From: Rhodanobacteraceae bacterium
GTDB taxonomy: Bacteria; Pseudomonadota; Gammaproteobacteria; Xanthomonadales; Rhodanobacteraceae
Assembly (NCBI GenBank): GCA_004299705.1
Contig: SCQS01000061.1
Location: 32,420 to 96,419, forward strand
Length of the DNA stretch: 64,000 bases
Direction of reading: 5' to 3'
Shown: one piece after another, positions 19,138-26,317 of the stretch
Layout of the letters: each line of letters starts with the position of its first letter
How positions within the stretch are numbered: the first letter of the stretch is position 1
The notes under the pieces: generated by a model
Seen by the model: the letters and a program-made list of their open reading frames with translations, nothing else
Told to the model about the DNA's origin: nothing
Database searches by the model: none
Made by a program: the position numbers and the translations under genes

Positions 19138-19266
19138 TTGCGCAACGTACTGAAGAAGGCACTGGATTGACTCGCGCCATCCTTGGCGCTCTCCCCCGAT
19201 CAGAAGCGCCTCGGGGCAGGCTCTGCGGACAGCCTGCGGCGTCTCGCGTTGGCAATCCTGCCAATG

Positions 19267-19308
19267 CATTCGGGGCACCGCGATGGAGCTGCCGTGGCCC
19301 CGAATGAC
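19267..19308. repeat. REP family D-like hairpin in the inter-module spacer
   Basis: cattcggggcaccgcgatggagctgccgtggccccgaatgac. A further hairpin, ccgggttacc...ggtaacccgg, lies at about 19345-19388. Confidence 0.65.
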
Positions 19309-19464
19309 CAATTGCTTCCACGTCATCAGAGCGGCTGGATAAATTCCGGGTTACCGTGCGACGTCATGGAGTGGTAACCCGGATTACAGCTTTGTTTCGA
19401 TGGACGGGAGGCCGGTTTCGGGCTTCCGTTTCCGATGCATCGTGACATCAGATCATCAGCTGAG

Positions 19465-19965
19465 TTATTTGTTGATGATCATTGGGTCAATGATGGCCAG
19501 TGTTCCATCCGAACGCTGGATCGTGAGGGTGAATTCGAATTCATCCGGAGTGGGGTCGGCGTCGAACACGGACAATCGCGTAGTGTTAGCGCGAGCAACG
19601 AGCGTTCGCATCGGAAATGCAGTGCTCCCGATTGAATCGCTGGTACCGCCCGATACCTCCTTGAAGCTGATGCCGACCGGGCTGTATGTGGTTCCATCAG
19701 CCCCCTGGATGATGAAACGAATCTCGGTAGGCCCGTTCACGGTCAGAGCGCCGCTCGAATCCATGGACACCATGCTGCCCCCGTTATACAGCTGGTACGA
19801 TGCGGGCGATGACAATGACAGCGGCAGGGCTTGCACGACGGTGACAACGACGGTCGGTACGTTTACCGAGGCTGATGCGGATTGGGCGTAAGCCAATCTA
19901 ACCCCCCCCAAGCCGATACCAGCCAACGCTAATGCGATTGCCGCGGATGACAGAATACGTTTCAT
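19465..19965 (-). CDS. Secreted beta-rich protein (module B, B3), C-terminal DPMIINK motif
   Basis: ORF 19465..20037. Start placed at MKRILSSAAIALALAGIGLGGVRLAYA|QSAS (signal peptide) with SD AGAAGGAGAG; 166 aa. Ends IIDPMIINK. GC is lower than in the flanking sequence. Confidence 0.75.
   Translation of the reverse strand: MKRILSSAAIALALAGIGLGGVRLAYAQSASASVNVPTVVVTVVQALPLSLSSPASYQLYNGGSMVSMDSSGALTVNGPTEIRFIIQGADGTTYSPVGISFKEVSGGTSDSIGSTAFPMRTLVARANTTRLSVFDADPTPDEFEFTLTIQRSDGTLAIIDPMIINK
19902..19909. repeat. C8 (G8 on the coding strand) homopolymer inside the B3 signal-peptide codons
   Basis: acccccccca at 19901-19910. It encodes the GLGG part of the signal peptide and is currently in frame. 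Confidence 0.8.
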
Positions 19966-19986
19966 GATGCTCTCCTTCTGCGTGTG

Positions 19987-20002
19987 CGGCGGAATTGCCG
20001 CA
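19987..20002 (-). promoter_or_regulatory. Conserved leader hairpin upstream of B3 (paralog of 16237-16252)
   Basis: Minus-strand GCGGCaattccGCCGC, followed by cacacgcAGAAGGAGAGcatcATG, which is identical in register to the A3 leader. Confidence 0.45.
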
Positions 20003-20301
20003 GTTAAACAACAGGGGTCAACATGATTTTCCAGCATGGGTGCCCCAACCGGATCGGATAGTTCCTACGGTTTCGCCGCGACCCGGTGGTGGATTTGTCT
20101 CACAGGGATTGCCCTTGACGGTGGCGTGCAACAGCTAGAACCCGGTGATTTTTTCGCAACGCTTGATGTGCCAAGGCGTTGGCAAACGCGCCGCATCCTG
20201 CGGCTTCCCGTCAAGCCATCGGCTGCGCCGATGTTCGTTTCGACATCCTCCCTGCACGGTTCGGATCGCGATTCCGGGATGATGGGTTGAGTCGATGTTT
20301 C

Positions 20302-20712
20302 CTAGACCGGCTTGTTCTGGATCATCGGGTCGCAGGGGATGGTCACGTTCTCGGTGGTGTCGAGCACCGTCACCTTGTAGCGCGCATCGATGGCCGCGTC
20401 GCAGCGGTCGTTGATCGCGCGCGTCCGCGGCGCGTTGCCTTGCGCCGTCAATTGATTGGCGTTGTCGTTGACGAAGCTGATTTCGGCGAACCGGTATCGC
20501 GCATCGGTGTTCGCGGCGAACATCAGCGTGGTCGCCGCGTGGCCGCCGCCGATGCCATACACGATCGAACCGTTGTTGGTGGGTTGATTGCCGCCGCTGT
20601 ACTTGTAACTGTAGGTCTGGCCGTTGGACGCCATAACGTTGGTCCAGCCGTCGCCATTGCTGGGAAAGTTGCGGATGTCCAGGGATACGTTGGTCGGGTT
20701 GTTGGCGGGCAT
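20302..20712 (-). CDS. Small cytoplasmic beta-rich protein (module B, B2), C-terminal CDPMIQNKPV motif
   Basis: ORF 20302..21039; start placed at MPANNPTNV (ATG 20712) with SD GGAG 8 nt upstream; 136 aa, no signal peptide. Lies 103 nt downstream of TIR-B. Confidence 0.7.
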   Translation of the reverse strand: MPANNPTNVSLDIRNFPSNGDGWTNVMASNGQTYSYKYSGGNQPTNNGSIVYGIGGGHAATTLMFAANTDARYRFAEISFVNDNANQLTAQGNAPRTRAINDRCDAAIDARYKVTVLDTTENVTIPCDPMIQNKPV

Positions 20713-20815
20713 CGTCTTTACTCCGGTTGCAGGACTGGCCGTTGGGGGCCGGGGTGGCGGTCGCGCGTTGCATCGGTGCGATGCAGGCGCGACCGATGGG
20801 TGCTGGCGTAGTGGA

Positions 20816-22957
20816 TCATTGCGAGGTAACCGTGGCTTGCGCGATCGGCGTTTGCTTCCATGGGTACAGCGGCACATAGCCGCTGTGGTCGAGCTTTGCC
20901 AGATACGGCGCGGCGTCGGCGTCACGGTGCTGTGCCAGCAGCACGCGCACCAGCAAGGGGAGGCGGTCGAACGCCGGCGGATCGCTGCCTTCGCGCAGGA
21001 TGTGTTCGGCCTCGGCCCACGCCGCGCGCGCGGCTGCAACGTCGCCGCGCTGCGCGGCGACGTTGCCTTGCAGCCAGTGCAATTCCGCCGGCAGCAAGCC
21101 GTAGCCGTCGTTGCCTTGTTGGCTCGTCGCAGCCGCTTTCAGCCCGGCATCGGCCTGCGACAGCCAGGCGGACGCTCCGTCGAGGTCACTGCGCCGCCAG
21201 GCCAACTCACCCAGCAGCACCCGGGCTTTCGCCAGCCAATGCTGGGCCAGGCCGTCGTTGGGCTCGGCGGCGTGCACCGCAGAAGCGGCGCGTTCTGCCT
21301 TGCGCGCCGCTGCTTGCGCTTGCGCAGGTGACACGAGTGAGTCCAGCCGCGCCTGCCACCAGTAGTCCATGCCGAGTTGCAGCTGCCACGCCTTGTTGGT
21401 AGGGTCTTGGCGGGTCAGCGTTTCCGAAAGCGCAGCCGCTTCCGCCGCGCCACTGCGCGCGTCGGCGACTCCGCCGGTCTCGGCCTGCACCTGTACGAGG
21501 AACAGCCGTGCATCCGGCCACTGCGCTTGCCATTGCGCATTGGCGGGCTCTGCGGCGCGGTTGGCCGAGATGTAGTCGACCTGTTCGGTGAAGCGGGAGC
21601 GCGCCTCGGCGAGACGGCCATCCTTCATGGCCAGGCTGCCGAGGTAGGAAGCCACGGTCGCGGCCTCGTCGCGCAAGTCGGCGACGTGCGGATGCGTCTT
21701 GATCCAGCCGAGGTACAGCGCGTACGCAGACTGGAAGATCGTTTCGGCCTGCTGGTCGCGGTTGCGGGCGAGGTCGAGCGTGCCGAGGTTCACGTCGCCG
21801 TAAGCGACCTCGCGTTGCCACGCGAAGTTGCTTCGATCCATCGCCGCCAGCCGCAGCGCGCTGTCGCGATAGCGGGTCAGCCAGGCTTTGGCGTCGTCGA
21901 GGCGACCCTGGCGCCAGAACACGAAGCCAATCCAGTATTCGGCCTGGGCCAGGTCGAACAGCCGTTGGCCGTTGCCGGGCTGGCGCTGGTGCAGCTCGTT
22001 GCTGCGCGCATAGGCGTCGCGGAACGCCTGCATGGCCTTGTCGGCGTGGCCCTGGTCCAGCCGCACCTGACCGATGCCGGTCAACAGGCGCGCTTGCTCT
22101 TCCAGCGCGTGTTCGCTCAGGTCGCGGGGCTGCAGGGTGTCGAAATACGTGGTGGCCTTGTCGTCCACCGCGACCATCAGGTCGAGCCGTCCGACCGTGG
22201 ACAGTTTCTTGCGCAGGTCGCCCAGCATGAAGCCCAGGATGTCCTCGGCCTGGGCCTGGCGGCGCTGGGCATCGTTGCGTGCGACGTAGGCGCTGACCGC
22301 AAGCACGCTGGTGATCGCCATGCCAACCAGCGCTGCCGTCGTGATGGCCAGCAGCCGGTGGCGGTGGCGACGCGCTTCTCGGCGCGCCAAGGCATCGAAG
22401 CCGACATCCAGCATCCCGGCGATCAGTTTCAGCTTGGCGTTTTGCTTGCCGTCCTTGCCGGGACGCACGTCGGCGGCGATCGGTTCGGTGCGTTCGCCCG
22501 TCGGTTGGCCGTTCGCATCGAGTTGGAATCTCAACGCGGGGCAGAAACATTCTTCCGCTTCGCGGCCGGGCATGTCGGTGGCGTCGGGCTCGCCGTCCAC
22601 GATCAGGCAGAATATGCGTCCGGCGCGGCCCATACGCTTGTATGCCAGCACTTCCTCGTTGACCCAGCGCGAGGTGGTCGACGCAGGCGAGCAGACCACG
22701 ATCAGGTTTTCGGATCGCGCCAGCGCCTCGTTGACCCTGCGGCCAAGGTCGGTCGCGCTGGCGAGTTCCTCGCGGTCGCGGAAGATCGGGTTGAGGCGGC
22801 GCGGGATTTCACCGTGCGCGGTGCGGGTGCCGACCAGCCGCGACGGCACGCGATACGTTTCCAGTGCCCGATGCAACCAGTCCGCCCACGCCTTGTCGCG
22901 GTGGCTGTAGCTGATGAAGGCGCGGTAGGTGAAGCTGGCAACGGACGGATCGGGCAT
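20816..22957 (-). CDS. TIR domain - single TM - TPR-like repeat protein (TIR-B), paralog of TIR-A
   Basis: ORF 20816..23077; start placed at MPDPSVASFTYRAFISYSHRDKAWADWLHRALE (coordinate +/-1 by my count). The TIR, juxtamembrane region and LKLIAGMLDVGFDAL are nearly identical to TIR-A. TM helix LLAITTAALVGMAITSVLAVSAYV. The TPR-like C-terminal region is divergent. Confidence 0.9.
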   Translation of the reverse strand: MPDPSVASFTYRAFISYSHRDKAWADWLHRALETYRVPSRLVGTRTAHGEIPRRLNPIFRDREELASATDLGRRVNEALARSENLIVVCSPASTTSRWVNEEVLAYKRMGRAGRIFCLIVDGEPDATDMPGREAEECFCPALRFQLDANGQPTGERTEPIAADVRPGKDGKQNAKLKLIAGMLDVGFDALARREARRHRHRLLAITTAALVGMAITSVLAVSAYVARNDAQRRQAQAEDILGFMLGDLRKKLSTVGRLDLMVAVDDKATTYFDTLQPRDLSEHALEEQARLLTGIGQVRLDQGHADKAMQAFRDAYARSNELHQRQPGNGQRLFDLAQAEYWIGFVFWRQGRLDDAKAWLTRYRDSALRLAAMDRSNFAWQREVAYGDVNLGTLDLARNRDQQAETIFQSAYALYLGWIKTHPHVADLRDEAATVASYLGSLAMKDGRLAEARSRFTEQVDYISANRAAEPANAQWQAQWPDARLFLVQVQAETGGVADARSGAAEAAALSETLTRQDPTNKAWQLQLGMDYWWQARLDSLVSPAQAQAAARKAERAASAVHAAEPNDGLAQHWLAKARVLLGELAWRRSDLDGASAWLSQADAGLKAAATSQQGNDGYGLLPAELHWLQGNVAAQRGDVAAARAAWAEAEHILREGSDPPAFDRLPLLVRVLLAQHRDADAAPYLAKLDHSGYVPLYPWKQTPIAQATVTSQ

Positions 22958-22961
22958 CGCG

Positions 22962-22971
22962 GCCCCCCCCC
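22962..22971. repeat. C9-10 (G-run on the coding strand) homopolymer 5 nt upstream of the TIR-B start codon
   Basis: The minus strand reads ...ACGC-G(9-10)-CCGCG-ATG. The G-run occupies the SD position. Confidence 0.75.
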
Positions 22972-23117
22972 GCGTCGGTACGACAACCATCCCTGGCAGG
23001 ACACGACCCTTGGGCGCGACGCGCCTGCCGGTCGCCGCGATCCGGCGATCCCGGATGCTGGGTGCCGAACCTAACACAAAACGTGAACTGTGTCTCGTTT
23101 CTTGATGGGTCGCCCTG

Positions 23118-23612
23118 TCAGGTCAGGGGTTTGGCCATCCGGATCATGTCGGGCGAGAAACCCGAGTGTTCGTACAGCGCGCGCGCCCGCGCGTTGCCGG
23201 GGAGCACGTTGAGCGTCAGCCATTTGCAACGATGAGCTTTTGCCCACCTGTGCGCGTTCGCCAGCAGGGCGCCACCGATGCCTTGGCCGTCGTGGCTGCG
23301 CACCACTGCGATATTCGAAATGTGGCAGGCGCGTTGGCCGGACACGAAATCGCGTTCCGCCCTGAGGTGCAGGAAACCGCAAAGGTGGCCGGCTGCATCT
23401 TCGGCAATGAAGAACCGTTCAGCGGGCCGCGGTTCGCGCAAGGCGCGCTGGATTTCCGAACGGATGGCTGAGGTGACCCCGCGCTTGCTGCGGCCTTTCG
23501 GAAGCTTGAATGATGCAAAGCGCGGCACCAGCGACAGGATGAAATCCGCGTCGGCGGGGGTGGCGGGGCGGATCGCAATCTTGCAACGATGCTGTTTGTG
23601 CTCGCGCGACAT
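23118..23612 (-). CDS. GNAT family N-acetyltransferase
   Basis: ORF 23118..23780; start at MSREHKQH. Acetyl-CoA binding motif VVRSHDGQGIGGALL and C-terminal NARARALYEHSGF. Confidence 0.85.
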   Translation of the reverse strand: MSREHKQHRCKIAIRPATPADADFILSLVPRFASFKLPKGRSKRGVTSAIRSEIQRALREPRPAERFFIAEDAAGHLCGFLHLRAERDFVSGQRACHISNIAVVRSHDGQGIGGALLANAHRWAKAHRCKWLTLNVLPGNARARALYEHSGFSPDMIRMAKPLT

Positions 23613-23656
23613 GGTGTTTGCAGTGAGCCCTTCTGGTTCACTTCGCTGGAAACGTC

Positions 23657-23765
23657 TTCCCCCTTCCGCAGGAAGGGGGATCGAGGGGGATGGCCTTTGG
23701 CGTGCCTTGGCACATCCCCCCGTGTGCCTCAGCACGCGACCCCCTTCGTGCCGAAGGGGGTGATC
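23657..23765. repeat. REP family B element
   Basis: cccccttccgcaggaaggggg, atcgagggggatggc, cacatccccccg and cccccttcgtgccgaaggggg. It abuts the stop codon of the acyl-CoA dehydrogenase gene. Confidence 0.8.
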
Positions 23766-25557
23766 ACCCAAACAACGCATCCGGCATCGCCAGCACGCTG
23801 TCGGCGCCGGCCTTCATCGCGGCCAGGTGGGTGCGGGTGCGCGGCAGGATGCGGTCGTAATAGAAGCGCGCGGTCAGGCGCTTGGCCTGCCTGAAATCGT
23901 CCGGGTGCGGTGATGCTTCCGCGGCCGCCACGCTGCGCGCCCACGCCCAGGCCAGCGCGACGTAACCGGAATACATCAGGTAATCGTAGGCCGCGGCGCC
24001 GATTTCGTCGGCGTTCGAGACGGCGCGTTTGCCGAGATGCTGCGTGACCTCGGTCCATTCCTTTGCCAGCGCTGACAGTTTCGGAATGAAGTCCTGCAGC
24101 GCTTCGTCATGGGCATGTTGCGTGCAGAACGCGCCGAGGTGTTCGAGGAACAACTGCAGCCCCTCGCCGCGTTGCTGCATGATCTTGCGGCCCAGAAGGT
24201 CCAGCGCCTGGATGCCGGTGGTGCCTTCGTAGATCGTGGTGATGCGCGCATCGCGCGCGTACTGCTCCATGCCTTGCTCGGCGATGTAGCCGTGGCCGCC
24301 GTAGATCTGCAGCGCCAGGCTGGTGCACTCGTTGGCGTTCTCGGTCAAGAGCGCCTTGACGATGGGCGTGAGGAACGACACCAGCACGTCGGCGCGTTTG
24401 GCTTCTTGTGCGTCGCTCGAACGATGCTGGATGTCGACCAGCGTCGCGGCGTACAGGCCCAGCGCGCGGCCGCCTTCGATCAGCGCTTTCTGCGTCAGCA
24501 GCATGCGCCGGATGTCGCCGTGCACGATCAGCGGATCGGCCGGTTTGTCGGGAAACTTCGGACCCGACAGCGCGCGCATCTGCAGGCGTTCGCGTGAGTA
24601 GCTCAAGGCGTTTTGGTAGGCGCGTTCGGACAGCGCCAAACCCTGCAAGCCGACCGCGAGCCGCGCGGTGTTCATCATGGTGAACATCGCGTTGAGGCCC
24701 TTGTTGGGCTCACCGATCAGCCAGCCTTGCGCGCCGTCGAAATTCATCACGCAGGTGGCGGAACCCTTCAAGCCCATCTTGTGCTCGATCGCGCCACAGC
24801 GCAGTGCATTGCGTTCGCCCGGCTTGCCGTCCTTGCCGACCTTGAACTTCGGCACGATGAAAAGCGAAATGCCCTTCACGCCCTTGGGCGCATCCGGCAA
24901 GCGTGCCAATACCAGGTGCACGATGTTGTCGGTGAAATCGTGCTCGCCCGCGGTGATGAAGATCTTGGTGCCGCTGATCGCGTGGCTGCCGTCGGGGTTC
25001 GGTTCGGCGCGGGTTTTCAGAAGACCAAGGTCGGAACCGCAGTGCGGCTCGGTCAGGCACATGGTGCCGGTCCACGCGCCCGAGACGACCGGTTTGAGGA
25101 AGGCCTCTTTCTGCCAGTCCGCGCCGTGCACGCGCAGCGCTTCGGTCGCACCGTGCGAGAGCAGCGGATAGGTACCCCACGCGAGGTTGGCCGAGTCGAT
25201 CATTTCCTTGACCGGCGCGCCGACGGTTTCCGGCAGGCCCTGTCCGCCGAAGGCTTCCGGCGCGGTCAAGCCGGCCCAGCCGGCTTCGACGTATTGTGCG
25301 TAGGCTTGTTTGAAACCCTTGGGCGTTGCCACCGAGCCGGTGTTCTTGTCGAACGAGCAACCCAATTGGTCACCGATTTCGTTCAAGGGTGCCAGCACGG
25401 TTTGCGCGAACTTCGCGGCCTCGTCCATCACCGCGTCGATCAGTTCGCGGTTGAGTGCATCGCAACCGGGAAGTGTGGCGAACAGCTTTTCGACATCCAG
25501 CAGGTCGTACAGGCAGAAACGGATGTCGGCGAGCGGGGCGGTGTAGTGCGTGGTCAT
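23764..25557 (-). CDS. Long-form acyl-CoA dehydrogenase (FadE-like, with extra C-terminal domain)
   Basis: ORF 23764..25686; start at MTTHYTAPLADIRF (ATG 25557). ACAD motifs MCLTEPHCGSDLG, SGTKIFITAGEHD and IYGGHGYIAEQGMEQYARDARITTIYEGTTGIQ. Confidence 0.9.
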   Translation of the reverse strand: MTTHYTAPLADIRFCLYDLLDVEKLFATLPGCDALNRELIDAVMDEAAKFAQTVLAPLNEIGDQLGCSFDKNTGSVATPKGFKQAYAQYVEAGWAGLTAPEAFGGQGLPETVGAPVKEMIDSANLAWGTYPLLSHGATEALRVHGADWQKEAFLKPVVSGAWTGTMCLTEPHCGSDLGLLKTRAEPNPDGSHAISGTKIFITAGEHDFTDNIVHLVLARLPDAPKGVKGISLFIVPKFKVGKDGKPGERNALRCGAIEHKMGLKGSATCVMNFDGAQGWLIGEPNKGLNAMFTMMNTARLAVGLQGLALSERAYQNALSYSRERLQMRALSGPKFPDKPADPLIVHGDIRRMLLTQKALIEGGRALGLYAATLVDIQHRSSDAQEAKRADVLVSFLTPIVKALLTENANECTSLALQIYGGHGYIAEQGMEQYARDARITTIYEGTTGIQALDLLGRKIMQQRGEGLQLFLEHLGAFCTQHAHDEALQDFIPKLSALAKEWTEVTQHLGKRAVSNADEIGAAAYDYLMYSGYVALAWAWARSVAAAEASPHPDDFRQAKRLTARFYYDRILPRTRTHLAAMKAGADSVLAMPDALFG

Positions 25558-25572
25558 GTAGGCTCCTTGTGT

Positions 25573-25624
25573 GTCGCGGTCGCCTGCAGGCAGGCTCCTA
25601 CGTAGGAGCGCGCCTGCGCGCGAC
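25573..25624. repeat. Back-to-back REP pair (gtaggagcgcgcctgcgcgcgac type)
   Basis: gtcgcggtcgcctgcaggcaggctcctac is immediately followed by gtaggagcgcgcctgcgcgcgac. This is the typical Xanthomonadales-style REP. Confidence 0.7.
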
Positions 25625-25633
25625 CCGTTCGAA

Positions 25634-26131
25634 TCATCGCCAGATATTCGACACGCCGGGAACAGGCGAGATGTAACCCTTGCCATCCAGCTTGAACGGT
25701 TGCGGCTTGCCCTGGGTGCCCTTGCCGACCGACAGCGTGCCCTTCAGTTCATAGCTGATCGCGTTGCGCTTGGCGGCGGCCAGCGCGGCGGCGCCGGCGG
25801 CATCCGGCTTGAAGGTTGCGGTGGCTATGTCGGCGTCCATCGCAGGAATGTCCAGCGCGGGCGAAATCGCGACATGGCCGGCCGGCTTGCCGTTCAAGCT
25901 CAAGTCGGCGTCGATCGCGTAGACGTGCATGCCGGTGTCGTAGCTGTAATTCTGGAAGCGCACCACCGCGGCCCAGGTGCCGTCGCTGTTGACGGTGAGT
26001 TGCTGGATGCCGGCGGTCGGCGGCTGGAGCTTGGTGCCGGCGCCGAAGCAGCCGGCGAGAAGCATCAGCACAGTCGCGATGGCGAGGGTCTGCAGCGTGC
26101 GCACAAGGACGTGCGACGGGTGGATGATCAT
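25634..26131 (-). CDS. Lipoprotein, putative LEA-2/NDR1-like fold
   Basis: ORF 25634..26242; start at MIIHPSHVLVRTLQTLAIATVLMLLAGC (lipobox LAGC). The family call is tentative and rests on size and the beta-rich pattern. Confidence 0.5.
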   Translation of the reverse strand: MIIHPSHVLVRTLQTLAIATVLMLLAGCFGAGTKLQPPTAGIQQLTVNSDGTWAAVVRFQNYSYDTGMHVYAIDADLSLNGKPAGHVAISPALDIPAMDADIATATFKPDAAGAAALAAAKRNAISYELKGTLSVGKGTQGKPQPFKLDGKGYISPVPGVSNIWR

Positions 26132-26191
26132 TGGGCCGGCTCCTTGATGGGCAGGGCGAATCGACAAGATCCTCTGACCAGCTTCTTTTAT

Positions 26192-26292
26192 TCGTCGCCC
26201 CGGCGCAGGCCGGGGCCCAGTGTGGTGTTGCGTCGCGGCCATGGCCGCGATCCGTTTCCCTGCTGGATACCGGCCTGCGCCGGTATGACGAG
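26192..26292. repeat. REP family D hairpins
   Basis: tcgtcgccccggcgcaggccggggc (26192-26216) and ggataccggcctgcgccggtatgacgag (26265-26292). Confidence 0.65.
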
Positions 26293-26317
26293 CAAAATCA
26301 GGGATTCGGCGGATACT

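Noticed and set aside
19091-19377. Short ORFs (64-76 aa) in the spacer between the two TIR modules
   Set aside because: The ORFs overlap each other on both strands, are composed of REP hairpin sequence and have no SD or start context.
20135-20773. 212-aa minus-strand ORF overlapping B2 in another frame
   Set aside because: The B2 frame has an SD-preceded ATG and the shared C-terminal DP-x-I-x-N motif. The alternative frame is Arg/Gln/Asp-rich with no features.
25618-25640. tRNA-like T-arm sequence (cccgttcgaatcatcgcc)
   Set aside because: No acceptor stem, D-arm or anticodon arm can be built around it. It is the edge of a REP pair and overlaps the 3' end of the lipoprotein gene.
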